64,000 nucleotides of DNA, taken from positions 23,514,628 to 23,578,627 of the forward strand of contig OZ037767.1 of assembly GCA_964035545.1 (NCBI GenBank). The letters are read 5' to 3'. The position numbers were made by a program, and so were the translations under genes. Of the stretch, positions 1 to 13,100 are shown piece after piece. This stretch comes from Bugula neritina (lineage: Eukaryota > Animalia > Bryozoa). The stretch's first letter is position 1; each line of letters begins with the position of its first letter. The notes beneath the pieces are model-generated. The model did not search any database. It saw nothing but the letters and a program-made list of their open reading frames with translations, and was not told where the DNA came from.

Positions 1-191
1 GCAAACCTGCTAATTCATCCTATAGCTCCTGGATGTCTTATGGCACAGGCATTGCTACTAATATTATGGAAAACCTTCAGGTCAGTTTTCCTGTACTCGG
101 CATGTGATAATTTAAATATAATACAACAAAAATGTATATATTATGTAATGATGAATATATAATAGAATAATGCATGTGTAGTTTAGTAACG

Positions 192-248
<57 letters not shown>

Positions 249-3200
249 CATTTGTATATAATATAGAATGTTGTTATGTACACATTATATAATTATGTAT
301 ATATAATACAAATATGTACATGTAGTATGATTATGTATGTATAATGCAGTTGTGTATATAATATAATCATGTATATGTAATAAAAAGATGTATATATGAT
401 ATAATAAAGCATATATGCTGATTCTTTCATTTGCTTCCTTGCAATCTACAGTTCTTTATTGTTGAGAAATCTAACCAAAAAACTTCTCCATCAGCTGGAA
501 TGGAATTTGAGCTAGCCAAATGACTTTATGACTTTACTGTTTAAAGTCTAAAATGTTTTTGTAGATGCTATATATTTATAAATCTACCTGTTCCCATGTT
601 CTTTCTCGTGTCCTTCTTTGTTTTCGAATCTTAGTAGAAGCAGGTTAAACTTGTGTTATTAACAAACCAAATATACTACATCATGCTGTTCTTCATTGTT
701 GTCAATTTTCCTGGCTGTACTTCTTGTTCACTTTATGCCTTCTATTTAAAAACATAGATGCCTTGATGTAACTGTATCTGCTACGAGGATTTGTATCCTA
801 CATAGTAACTGTTGGTGTACCTGTTACAGTTGAAGCTGCTGAAATTACACATCAGGTATGAGAGTGAGGGAGGCCATGATGCATCTGCGTTCTCCTTTGG
901 CATCACCATAGACAAGTTGGCAGCACAGAGCACAGATCAGAACTGGGTGTGTGGCTTATTGTTTTTAAGATTGTCTTTCCTATCTTTCTTTGCTATGGTA
1001 CTGCGTGTTCCACAATATGTTGTCATTGCAGTTTCAAACCAACTTTCCAAATAAGTGATGAGAAAGCTCTATAAAGTCACAGTGCTCCAAATAACTCTAT
1101 TTAAATTAATGATTATTAACCTGTTATTCGAACAGTTTATATCAAAGTGATGGCAAATTTAACCTGAGTAAACAAATTTTTTGTAATTTCTACTAATTTT
1201 CATGTTGCATTCTTAATTAGACATAAAAAGTCCACAAAAATTCAATAAGAACAGAGATTAAAGTGATATAGAAAATATAATACAAGTAGAATAGAAAATA
1301 GAACAATAGAAATTCAGCAACAAACGAAGAATAAAGTAGTATGAAATATGTGATAACATTAGTATATTGTATTAGTATTAAATAACATCTGTGTGCCATC
1401 ATCAGGTTTTCAATGGAGCATTTTCATCTCTATCTTTCTGAGTAGATAATCAATATCATCAAGATATTTAGCTGTGTTTTACCCCCTAGCCTATAAGTTC
1501 TGTCACTTTTTGCACTATAAAACTTGTTGGGCCAATCCTTAGGCTAACTAACTTATTAGAAACTAGGTTATGATTAGTCGAATGCAGAATTAACGAACTT
1601 CAAATACCTTATGTTGTATAGATAAGCTTTGGTTTACAGTGAAGGGTAGATTTCTGATATTATATTTTTACTAGAGCTTTTTTAACCTTTCTTAAATGCT
1701 TTCCTGCCTTATCTAACATACAAATATATTGTATTTTAAGTTTAAAGCTTTTCCAAAGCTGTTCACTATTAATTATATAGTAATTAGCATTCTGCTCTGT
1801 GTAATATTTATTTTGATACAGTCACTTTTTGATTGTCTTTAAATCATTGTCTTGTCTGACATGACTTTTAGGTTCCACAATATGTGAGCAGTAGCACTGG
1901 CTCAGTAGTCCACAAGATGGTAGAGTTGGTGGGTATGTCTCTTTACTGGGACCACCACAATACAACTGTGTCCAAGGCCCTCAGTCTAAAAGAACAGCTA
2001 GATGCTATGGAACACAATTACTTGCTTCAGCCAGTAACTGGAAAGGCACTAGTGAAGCAGAACACCAGTGTCCAGCCCCTGAAGTCGGTGAGTAACCGCC
2101 GTAGCTTGCAGTACGGTGGCATCTTGGTGACTTGGAAAATAATTGGTCAGCTGACCAAAAAAAATTGAATACTTGCACCTAAATAGCTTTTAAGTTGTTT
2201 ATAAATAATTTATTTAGTGAAAGTCTGTCTCTCTTGTTTACAATTTTTTTATTGATTGGTGGTGCTTTGTCATCACATGTCACATTATACAATGGTTTGA
2301 CTAAGTAAATAAGTTGGAGTTGTCTTTCATGCAGAATGAACCTAGAATTAACATAGAGTTGCAGTTTGACTGCTTTCTCCTGTCCCTGGATAATCTACAG
2401 TACAGAGGGTTGGCTGTTCTGCTGAGGGAGTTTGAATTGTATGATCAGAGGAAACCATACAGACGAACTCGTCCAGCCTGCCCTGTTCATAGCAAGTAAG
2501 TATCCTACATCAATCTAGGTCAACATGTATATACTTGACTAGTATGTATAGCTTTAATCTAGGTCAACATGTATATACTTGACTAGTACATATAGCTTTA
2601 ATCTAGGTCAACATGTATATACTTGACTAGTACATATAGCTTTAATCTAGGTCAACATGTATATACTTGACTAGTATGTATAGATTTAATCTAGGTCAAC
2701 ATGTATATACTTGACTAGTACATATAGCTTTAATCTAGGTCAACATGTATATACTTGACTAGTACATATAGCTTTAATCTAGGTCAACATGTATATACTT
2801 GACTAGTATGTATAGCTTTAATCTAGGTCAAAATGTATATACTTGACTAGTACACATAGCTTTAATCTAGGTCAACATGTATATACTTGACTAGTACATA
2901 TAGCTTTAATCTAGGTCAGATCATATGACCAGTTGGTGGTTTTAGATATGTTTTGGGAACCACGGTACCGAATAAGTTGGAATATGGAGTACATATTAAC
3001 ACAAGAGCTGCATTTTGTTGTGACGAGTTTAGGCATTGTTCAAGCAAGTCAAATCTAGACTAAAAAAAAGACATTATGTCAATTTCAAGTCAAACCAGTC
3101 ACTTAACGTAACTCGAGGTTGAAGTAAATGTGTTATCATAGAGAAGGAAAAGACTTATGGAAGCCTAAAGAAATCTATGTAGTGATTTTATTTTTTGTTT

Positions 3201-4111
3201 GATATGTTAATTATTTTCTTTCGTGTTTCGTATGTTATTCTTATTTCAGTACAGGTATATTTATTTTGCAGAGCTTAGATTTTAAATTATGAGTTCAACT
3301 TTGATAAATAGTATGTCTAGTTTAAAGTGAAAGCATTCCGTTTGTTCAACAGTTGCAGAGTATGGTGGAATCACGCCATACAAAGTACTGTCGGGAAGAT
3401 CAGCGAGAGAAATGAGAAATGTAGAAAAGAATACATACTGAACAGATGTAAAGATTGTGTCAGCTATGTGAATATATATTATCAAATTCTTACTGATGAA
3501 AGGATAAGCTACCACCTGAATGTAAGTTACTCTCACTATGTCCCAACTATCTCGTTATATAACTCCATGACTTGCGTGTATGTCTATCAGCACTGCATCT
3601 GTTAGACTTTAGAGCAAGGACACAATGTTTTTCTCACAACTTAAAGAATCCCTGATATACTTCCTTTATGCAGTTTCAAAATATATTTTGTATAAGCTAC
3701 CATCTGCATACTGTTTGGGGGTTATATGCTCAAACAATGTTGTTTTATAAGAAATTTGTGCTCATGCTGATGACATTTTCGTTTGACCCTGGAGTCCGTT
3801 ATTGCAAAGTTCCATTGGGCGCTATTCTTAGCTGCTGAATTGCTCAGCTAGCTTGAATGTTTAAACTTTGGACTTTTACAACCCTCAAACAGTCTGTAGA
3901 TGACCGCTAAGAGATATATATAAATATTTTAATACTGCGTAAATGAACTGTGTCAGGGATTCTTTAACCATATGAATCTTGTTTTACTTTGACGATGTTT
4001 GAACTTTAGAAAGAGAAAGATAATATAGAACGTGATTTAGAGTTTGAAACACTGAAAGTACTTCGACATCTAGCTGCTGCCAAAGTGAAGAGTGACGGCT
4101 TATGGTACCAG
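1..4111 (+). CDS. VPS13D: VPS13D exons 1-6 of window: end of Chorein_N and start of extended chorein region
   Basis: SWMSYGTGIATNIMENLQ|LKLLKLHIRYE..FSFGITI..QSTDQNW|..HKMVELVGMSLYWD..YLLQPVTGKA..|PRINIELQ..QYR..|NCRVWWNHA..|KEKDNIERDLEFETLKVLR. Confidence 0.9.
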
Positions 4112-7100
4112 GTATTGACTGTGTAGTTCTAGAGATCATTACCTGTAGTGTTGTTCTATTAAATATTTTCACACAGGCTATCAACTTTGATTTTCCCATT
4201 GTCTCATTTCATTTTTTATTTAAAGTAAACTTAAATCCATGACATCATGCATTTATACTTGATTATCTATGCTATGGTATGAAGCTTATCATTTAAAGTG
4301 CAAGTTTATTACAATATAGAAGGAGTAGAAGAGGCTGTAACACCAGCTTTTACTCTTTGATTTGTATTTTGCATACTGTTTTGTACTTCAACTGCTGACC
4401 ATTTTTATCATTCAATTTTTACTTATGAAAGAGAAAACTTTATGCTACATACTGACCGTGTAATTCTAGTAGTATAAAGACTGAGGCACGCGTTTCACAT
4501 ATTTTAGCAGACAAATACATCGCCCCAGGCTAGCTCGGGATATCTCAGTAGTTGGATCACGTGGTACTCTGCTAAGCCTTCCAGTGACAGCTCAGCATCT
4601 GCTGGTGCAGCAGACCAGCATCAGCTGACTTTGGACTCGGTCAGTACATGCAACATATACTAGATATCATTGTGTCTCTTCATAATACACTAGATCTCAT
4701 TGTGTCTCTTCATACTACACTAGATATTTTTGTGTCTCTTCATAATATCACATCATATACTGATTTACTAATTACTGATCAATTTACTCATTAATTTTTG
4801 TCCACATACATGCAGCACGTATCACAAACATGCTATATATAATACTTGTCTATTGTTCTTGTGAAACTTTCATATCTTACAGTGAGTATTTTTACACTTT
4901 ATTTTTGCAGCTGGCGGCCAGAGGTGCTCCTGGCACTCATCCTAGTGATAGTCAAGGTTTAACGTTGACTAGCACTGAGAAGGCTAAACTAGGTAAGGCT
5001 TCTATCATACAGTGTCACCGTCAAAGTGCTGCCATATTTCTTACTGTGGTGTATAATTTGCTTCGGTAGCTATGTTGGACTCTTCTTGTATACACTCTGT
5101 ATTACGGTGTGAGATATAATGATACTCAGTCTCACACACTGTGACTCTAACACATGTGACACACACTAAGTGTACTGTATTGGTTGCTATGGTTACTCTG
5201 TGTGGTATAGTTACTATGATTACCATGTGTGCTTTGGTTCTAGAGGAAGAGTTAAGAGACTGGGTGGGTAGCAATGAGCCTGTGGAGTCACAATCTACCT
5301 TAAATAAAGACAGTGTCTTGCTCAACATTAGTTTTGTGCTTCGCCAAGTAAACTTCAAGTTGGTACAACAGAGTGTAGATGTTCATCAAGGTAGGTCTGG
5401 TTTAGAAAACTATGTTATTATTAAAGATTTTTATTTTTTCTGTTTCTTGCTATATTTACCATTAGAAACAAGAAATTGAAAACAACAACAACAATCACTC
5501 ACTGAAAACAAATTTATTTTACTTTTATTCAAACCAGGAGTCTAATATCACTATTTTTCTATGTTGATTAATTTTTTTGCATTATATGTTGAAGTTTTGT
5601 GTTGTAGGCGCCAACCTCCAGGGTATAGTACAGCTGGAGTGTCACAATATAAGAAGCACTGCTGTACTTAAACCAAGAACCAAGTCTCGGAAACTTTCTC
5701 TCGGTCTAGGTCAACTATATGTCAAGGACTTGTACAACACAATGACACACTTCCCTCTCCTCATATCTTCCAAACAGGCGGTATGTGAAAGTTATAACAC
5801 TTAGTAGCAGTAAACTAATTGGGTTATGTTGCCATTTAGTGTTGGTATTCATTTTATATTATAGTAAATGTTTATAGTAACTGGGCATGCGGCAGTGTAT
5901 TATAATACATATTTAGTATGATGTTGAGATAGTATTGCTATGTTTTACAAGGTGTTGAAGTTGTATTACGATATTTAAGAGGAGGTTGGAGTTGTATTAC
6001 TATATTTAGTATGATGTTGGAATACTGTTACTTTATTTAGTATGCTGAGGTTTGTTGGTTATTGTGATGACAATTTAGCTTGAGTTTCAACCTGGGTGTT
6101 CTGTGGTTATAGCTCCAGGTCTCTTACTAACTCCTTTTTAAATTTTTAGATTTTAGGAAGCAGTCTTGGTTCTTCATCTTCCGCACAGGTTGATAAAGAA
6201 ACTTCACGAGTTTTCTACTTTGAAATAGAGAAGAATGCAGGTGCTAGTAGCAAGGTAGGTGTGTGCAGTAAGTGCTCAGGTGGAGTATAGCAAGGTAGGT
6301 GAGCACAGTAAGTGCTCAGGTGGAGTATAGCAAGGTAGGTGAGCGCAGTAAGTGCTCAGGTGAAGTATAGTGAAGTGACTGTGTTGTCTTCTCTCACCAA
6401 GCTATTGATAAATTACCTTGTTCCACTGCAGGACATCAGAGTTCTTATGAATACTGACCCGCTAGATATCGTCTACAACGAGGCCGTTGTGAAACAAGTC
6501 AAGCAATTCTTTTCTCCAAAGTCCAGAATGAATTCCATGACCAAGGAAATGTCAGAGTTTCATCTCGCAGGTAACTTTTGTGTGTCTGCATACAACTTAT
6601 GCTAACTTCTAGCAAATAATAGGTCTAGCTTCCTTTTTTGTTGTGTTTTAATTCTCTTGTCTGTGCATGCATATTTATTTGGTTTTTGCTTGCATTTATT
6701 GAAATATTTATGCTAGCTGAGAGATTTACTGTCCGTAAAAGATGAAGCATTAATTATTCTAAAAAAGTTAATAACAGTATGAAAATGGTTAAAATTTGAG
6801 TAGTAGCAGTTTTTCTTTCTGGACAATGCACAGGTATTGCATTTCATGTAACTTTTTATAGCTTTTAGATTTAATATTCAATTTAAATATTATTTTAGTT
6901 TTATATTAAAAAGTAAAGCAGTTTCTGTTCACAGACTGATTGAAATCAATCTTGCACAAAATGTATTTTTTATCCCCCATGTGTCTTGTATCATGCAGAT
7001 CGAGCCAGAAGGAGGTATGAGCAGCTGAAGAATAAAACTAAGATTGACATAAGAGACACCTGGGAGAACCTGCTGAATACATCCACTGTGGTATGTCACT

Positions 7101-10100
7101 CTCTTGCTTTGACTAGTATTTATGGTGTAGAGTGTAGACTGTAGATAGATATCTAAAGCAGTACGTAATATACTACATGGTATTTAAAGTGAAAAGACTT
7201 GCAAGCCTTTTACTGCAGTGACTATAATATACAACTTTTCTCTGCTTTTTCACAGCATTTGCAGGTTGTTAAAAAGCTGTTGTATATATTTGATGTTTTC
7301 TGTTGTTTTGACATACTGTATATGTAACACATGCAAAATATATCTTCCAAAGGCAGACAGAAATAAGATATTTTAGTTGCTAAAAGTAGTTGTATTGTAT
7401 GTAGAGCCAAACATTACCTACTTGTGTGTTTCTTATAGAAGTCATCTAAGCGAGTCGGAGTAAAATTGAACATAGCAGCTCCTCAGTTTATTATACCACA
7501 AGACTGGGCTGATAGCACAACTCCCATGGTTGTGTTTGATCTCGGTCGACTCAAAGTGAATAATCTACCTGACAGCAGTGAAAATGTGTGTTCAATGGCA
7601 GAGTTGAACATGTCTAGTCATGCTTCACCCAGCAAGGAGCAGCTGGACGACGGAGATGATGGTATGTGTGGAAACTTGTAGTTTATAGTGACCTGAAGTA
7701 GCCATGATTCATAGCCTGTAGATGACGGTCGTGTGATTATTTTGACAAAAAGTGAATGTTGTTAGAATTTTTGCATCTGTTTTAATAATGACCTCATCTC
7801 CTGGAAGATGTTTTACTCTTGCAGTTGCACAAGTTTAATAATATAAAACTGAGTAAATGCTTTGCATGGGCTAGCCAGCTGCACTCAGATGATGAAATAC
7901 TTTCACAGGTATTACTTGTTACTAGAGTTGTTTATTAAATATAATTTTGGGGATACAGAAGTTTCAACACTGCTTTTTTATAAAAATTAAACTTTGAATG
8001 CACAAATCCACTTTTATAATTTATTTTTGATTAGCTTGCTGAAATTTTATTGACAAGAACAACAATGTGCAAATGCTGGTTTAGTTTCTGGTGTCATCAA
8101 CTTGAAGCATGGCATATGCTTTTCGTGACATGCGTTATGTATAACAACTCTCTATTTTTAAATATTACAATTAGTAAAAAATTAAGATAATCTATACGTA
8201 GGATAAAATAGAGGGCATGTTTATTAAAAAAAGTAAGTCAGACTTTAATCTTTTTTTAGTTATTCTCAATAGCTCTATATGAATTCTATCAGTTTGTAAA
8301 AAGCTTCGATTGATTTAAATGAACTGGTGATAATTAAGAACTCTCTTCAGTTTGTGTTACGGCAGGATTTATCTATTTGTATATTTCTTTGCACCAGATA
8401 GAAAGCAGCTTCAGCTGGAGCAAATAGTAATATTCATAGACTAACAATTCCTTCTACTTATTTAGATGACTTTGTTACTCCGATGTCCACTCCACCAGAT
8501 ACTGATTCTGATGCCACCAACAAAAATGGAGTTTCTGGTGTGCCCAGTCTGACTCAACTTGAATCAGAGTTGAATAACGAGTCTCTCTACACTCATATGT
8601 ATGACAGGTGAGAGCAAGGTGATATATGACATTATTGTAACCAAGTGTATGGCAGGTGAGGGTAGAGTGATAGATAGTACTGTAATTATACATGTGCCAG
8701 GTGAGGTCAAGATTACAGATTACATTGTAATCCGGTGTATAGCAGGTGATAGTAAAGTGATATTTGAAATAGTTGTTATTGATGTGTATGGAATTTATGC
8801 TTTAGGTATGAGATACTGCTAGCAGATATACAGGTGCTCATAGTGAACAGAAAAGACAACTGGAGAATGCTGACATCTAAAGGATACGGTCACCTCCATC
8901 TCATTGATAAACTCAGTGTTAATGTTTTGTTTGAAAGGTGAACATTTGCATTAATTTGTTACAAGTAAATATGTGTGGTTCTGTATAGAACTGTGTGTGG
9001 TTCTATATAGAGCTTTATGTGGTTCTGTATAGAGCTGTGTGTGGTTCTGTATAGAGCTGTGTGTGGTTCTGTATAGAGCTGTGTGGTTGTGCATAAAGAT
9101 GTATTATTGTACGAAATGTTTTGTGTAAAGATGTATGTATGTATGCAGATGTAGGGTTTGTGAGTATCAATTTATCTAAAATGTATTGGCTCTTTAAGCC
9201 AAATTAAAGTTTTGTTAAATTACCAGTAAAAAATAAAGCAGAATAGTGTATCTACGAGGACTCATTAGTATAAATATTTTGAACACTTATTTAGTGATGT
9301 CTTCTGTCACTTTTTATATGATTTTTAATTTGAGCTTTTTTTAAACCTACCTTATAATAGGATATATGCATTGAAGAAACATATTTTATTTTATAGGAAA
9401 ACAGAGTGTCACTAAAAACATTGCATAAGATCAATGCTACTTTTTGTTTTTTTTGTTTTTCTAAATAATATTCTGTTTTTCTAGAATATATTTACATGAT
9501 GTAGAAAAATTGTATTTATTTACAGCTAATGAGTTTCCTGCTTTCTAATGATGCATAAAGGCGAACGAGTCTGAATACTTTCAAACAGTTTTGTTGGCAA
9601 TAGAGGTCGGGTATAGCAAAGCTAGTAATGCACGTCATTTCTATATCACGACTTTCTCTGTTTTCAGACGACTCTTGCTGACCGCTGACCCTCATTGGCC
9701 GGCCATCAAACTCTCAGCTATAATAGAGAGTCTTTCCGTACATGTCTCAGAGCTCAAGTTATTTCAACTCAACAGCTGTCTCCAGCAGCTGATGACTGGC
9801 AGTAAGAATGCTGCCGGTACCAACTCATCTGCTGCTGCTTCTACTTCGATGAGTAACAGTGATGGTCAAGCTGATGACTTTCAAGCCTTCGTGCCCCATT
9901 CCAGCAGCCGGTTTGTGCTATACTCTTATTGTAAGGATACTAGTATATGATGAATCTGGTGGTGTTGCATATAATGCTAGTGTGTTATACATTCTCAGTA
10001 TGTAGTGCATTACATATTTATTTTTGCATAATTTGGTTTTGGATAACTTATATGTTTGTGAAATTTATGTATGATATGATGTATAACTTCTATGAGTGAA

Positions 10101-13100
10101 ATTAGTGAACATATTTGAACATGTATAATGCATGCAACTACTACAGACTATTTAAATATATGCTAAAACATATTCTATTTGCTAATGTCATTATTAGGAT
10201 GATACTTTGACTGCTTCTCTGGCTATTCTCTACTGTATATTATATTTTGTAGCAGCAAAAATATTAAATTCTACTGTTATCTATTAATTACAATAAAATA
10301 TTATAGACATCATTACTAAAGGTTTTAAAAATTCAAGCTGCTTTTTATTAGCAACAATACTACAATTTGCCTGGATATTATATGTTTAAAATAAACTATA
10401 AATGATAGGTCTGTACGCCTACATATGTTATTTTTTGCATTGACTATTACAGGTTTTTCGCTCCCCCAGAGACCCGCACAGTGTTAGACAACTCCAAAAT
10501 AGTGACACTCGGCTTTGACATCCACCAGATGTCTCTTGACGTCACAAGTAAAGGTGGGATAACTTGTAAATATGTCATGTGTCACGTATAGCTTTACATG
10601 TATAGGTGATGTTTGCGTACGTTTTTTACGCAAACCTTTCCATCACTAATGTGTGGGAAGATAACTACACAAGTTTAGTCTACCGAACAACGTATTCAAT
10701 TGTGTGTCTTAGTGAGATATAGCGCTAATAGTTGTGTTTTCTGTAACTAGTATGTTGATAGAGTGTTCAGGTGTTATATGTGGCTGCTGTTGCTGACTAC
10801 GATATGTTACTTTATCTAATTAATATCTGTGGTTCAACCATTATTTTTAGAAAGATGTTTAGTGGAGTTACAAGTTGCAGGTGTCAAGGCTGACTTCACG
10901 CAGCTCCCTTCCCAATCAGACCTATCACTCACAGTTCACAGTCTAATAGTGGCAGATGCTTTGCAGTCGTACGGCCCTGATTTTGAGCTGCTTGTAGCGT
11001 CTCACAGAAATGTTGGGTATGTTTTGGGTATATGTACCTTTAAGTATCTACATTGATATATTTATCTTCAGGTGTGTACATTGATGTATGTTCATTTCGA
11101 TATATGCATTGATATAAATACCTTCCGGTATGTAAATTACGGTATATGCAGTTGGTACATAAATTACGGTATGTACATACAGCAGGTATAACCATATCAA
11201 AGCAGTATTTCCATATGCAGCTGCAGTTACTATATGCAGTATGTATTACCATAATATTATATACAGTTCGTGTTACCATATATACAGTTGGTGTTACCTT
11301 GTGATATACGGTGTGTATTACCATATATGGTGTTGCCATATACAGCTGGTGTTACCATGTGATATACAGCTGGTGTTACCATGTGATATACAGCTGGTGT
11401 TACCATGTGGTATACAGCTGGTGTTACCATGTGATATACAGCTAGTGTTACCATGTGGTATACAGCTGGTGTTACCATGTCATATACAGCTGGTGTTATG
11501 ATATGCGGTCTGTATCACCATATACAGTTAATGTTACCATATACAGCTAATGTTACCATGCGGTACACAGCTGGTGTTATTATTAGGTTGGACAGCAAAA
11601 GTGGCAGCATGTGTAGCTCTGCCGTCATGTCACCCACCAGTCCGAAATCTCCCCACAGCCCGAGATCTCCCACCAGATCACCAGACCCGGAATCTTACCC
11701 TCTTCCTCCTCGCAAACAGACCAGCTACACCTCTTTTCAGACAGCCGTACTTTCTGGTATTCAGAAGCTGCTGCCGGTTGCTACAGGTGAGTAGTTGGTG
11801 TAATAAGTATATAGGTCAAAGGGCACCTGTTTAGTGTGAAATATATAGGTGAAAGGGCACCTGTTAAGTGTAGAATATATAGGTCAAAGGTCACTGTTGA
11901 GTGTATAGATCAAAGGTCAGCTGTGTAGAGTGGGCTCGTACAAGACAACTCATGGAAATAATAGGTGTTGGATTGTTAAGTTAATACACTTTAGTTGTAT
12001 AAAAATTTAGATGGTTTTCTGGTCAAGCTGATTATAGTTAAACTTTATTTTACCTTATTTATAAATTAATAAATATTGAGTAAAGTGATTAATTACTTCC
12101 TTTTCTCTAGCCACTCCTCTGGTTGACCACAAGGCATCTCACACTGGCAACCTGACCTCTGCCCCCACCTCCACCGAGCACCGACCTATATCTCCCGTCT
12201 TCCAGGGTGAACCTCTTATAAAGGTGACTTACGTTCAGACTGGTGCAGAGGGAGGAGAGTCTGTAGCCTCCAAGTCTGTGGATATAGTGTTTAACACCCT
12301 GGATGTTGTTGGTAAGTTAGTAATGAGTTGGTAATGAGTTAGTAATAAGTTAGTGATTAATTAGTGATTAGTTAGTAATAAGTTAAGTTGCGTTTATACC
12401 TCTGCTGAAAAAAGTAACGAGTGTAAGTTAATAATGCTTGTCCGGGTACCCCTTTATAGTGAAACTGAAACTCGTTGAAATCATATTGATGCGGTTGCTC
12501 ACTTTCTGAAATTGAAATTTGACTCGCATAATAGCTACTTGATGCCTTTTGTAAACGTTGTGAATTAGTGAAGCGGACAGCATAAAAGCGATAATTGAGA
12601 AGGCGTAGGCTATATAATTATAACTGTATAAGTACGTTGTCTAACCGCCAAAGTAATAACTAAATAACGATGTTTACAAGGAGTTATTACTCCTATTCTA
12701 AAATTGGCCGATTAAGTTATCACAGTACAAAAATTTTTACGCGTGGCTTTTACAATGCAATGCAACTCAGACAAAATTTCAAGCTGGCCAAATTGAAATT
12801 CTGACCGAAAATCGTGAATGTATAAAGGCAACTTTAGTAATGAGTTGGTAATAAGTTAGTAATGAATTAGTAATGAGTTGGTGATTAGTTAGTAATAAGT
12901 TGGTAATGAGTTGGTAATGTTAAGTGTGTTTACTTTCTTTATTGCACTACAGTGCAATATGCTACACAATACTACTCTGCAATGCAATATGTTGCAATGC
13001 ACTACAATACACTACTACATACTACTTTACGCTACACTACAATGCAGTATACTGCAATGTAGTATGTAGTATATTACACTATACTACTCCACAATACAGT

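Noticed and set aside
2512-2918. CRISPR-like array (palindromic 44-bp repeats)
   Set aside because: Units are head to tail with no unique spacers, there are no cas genes, and the array lies in a eukaryotic intron.
11040-11501. Overlapping repeat ORFs (IQLVLPC, VYHMVTPA)
   Set aside because: 24-bp intronic minisatellite.
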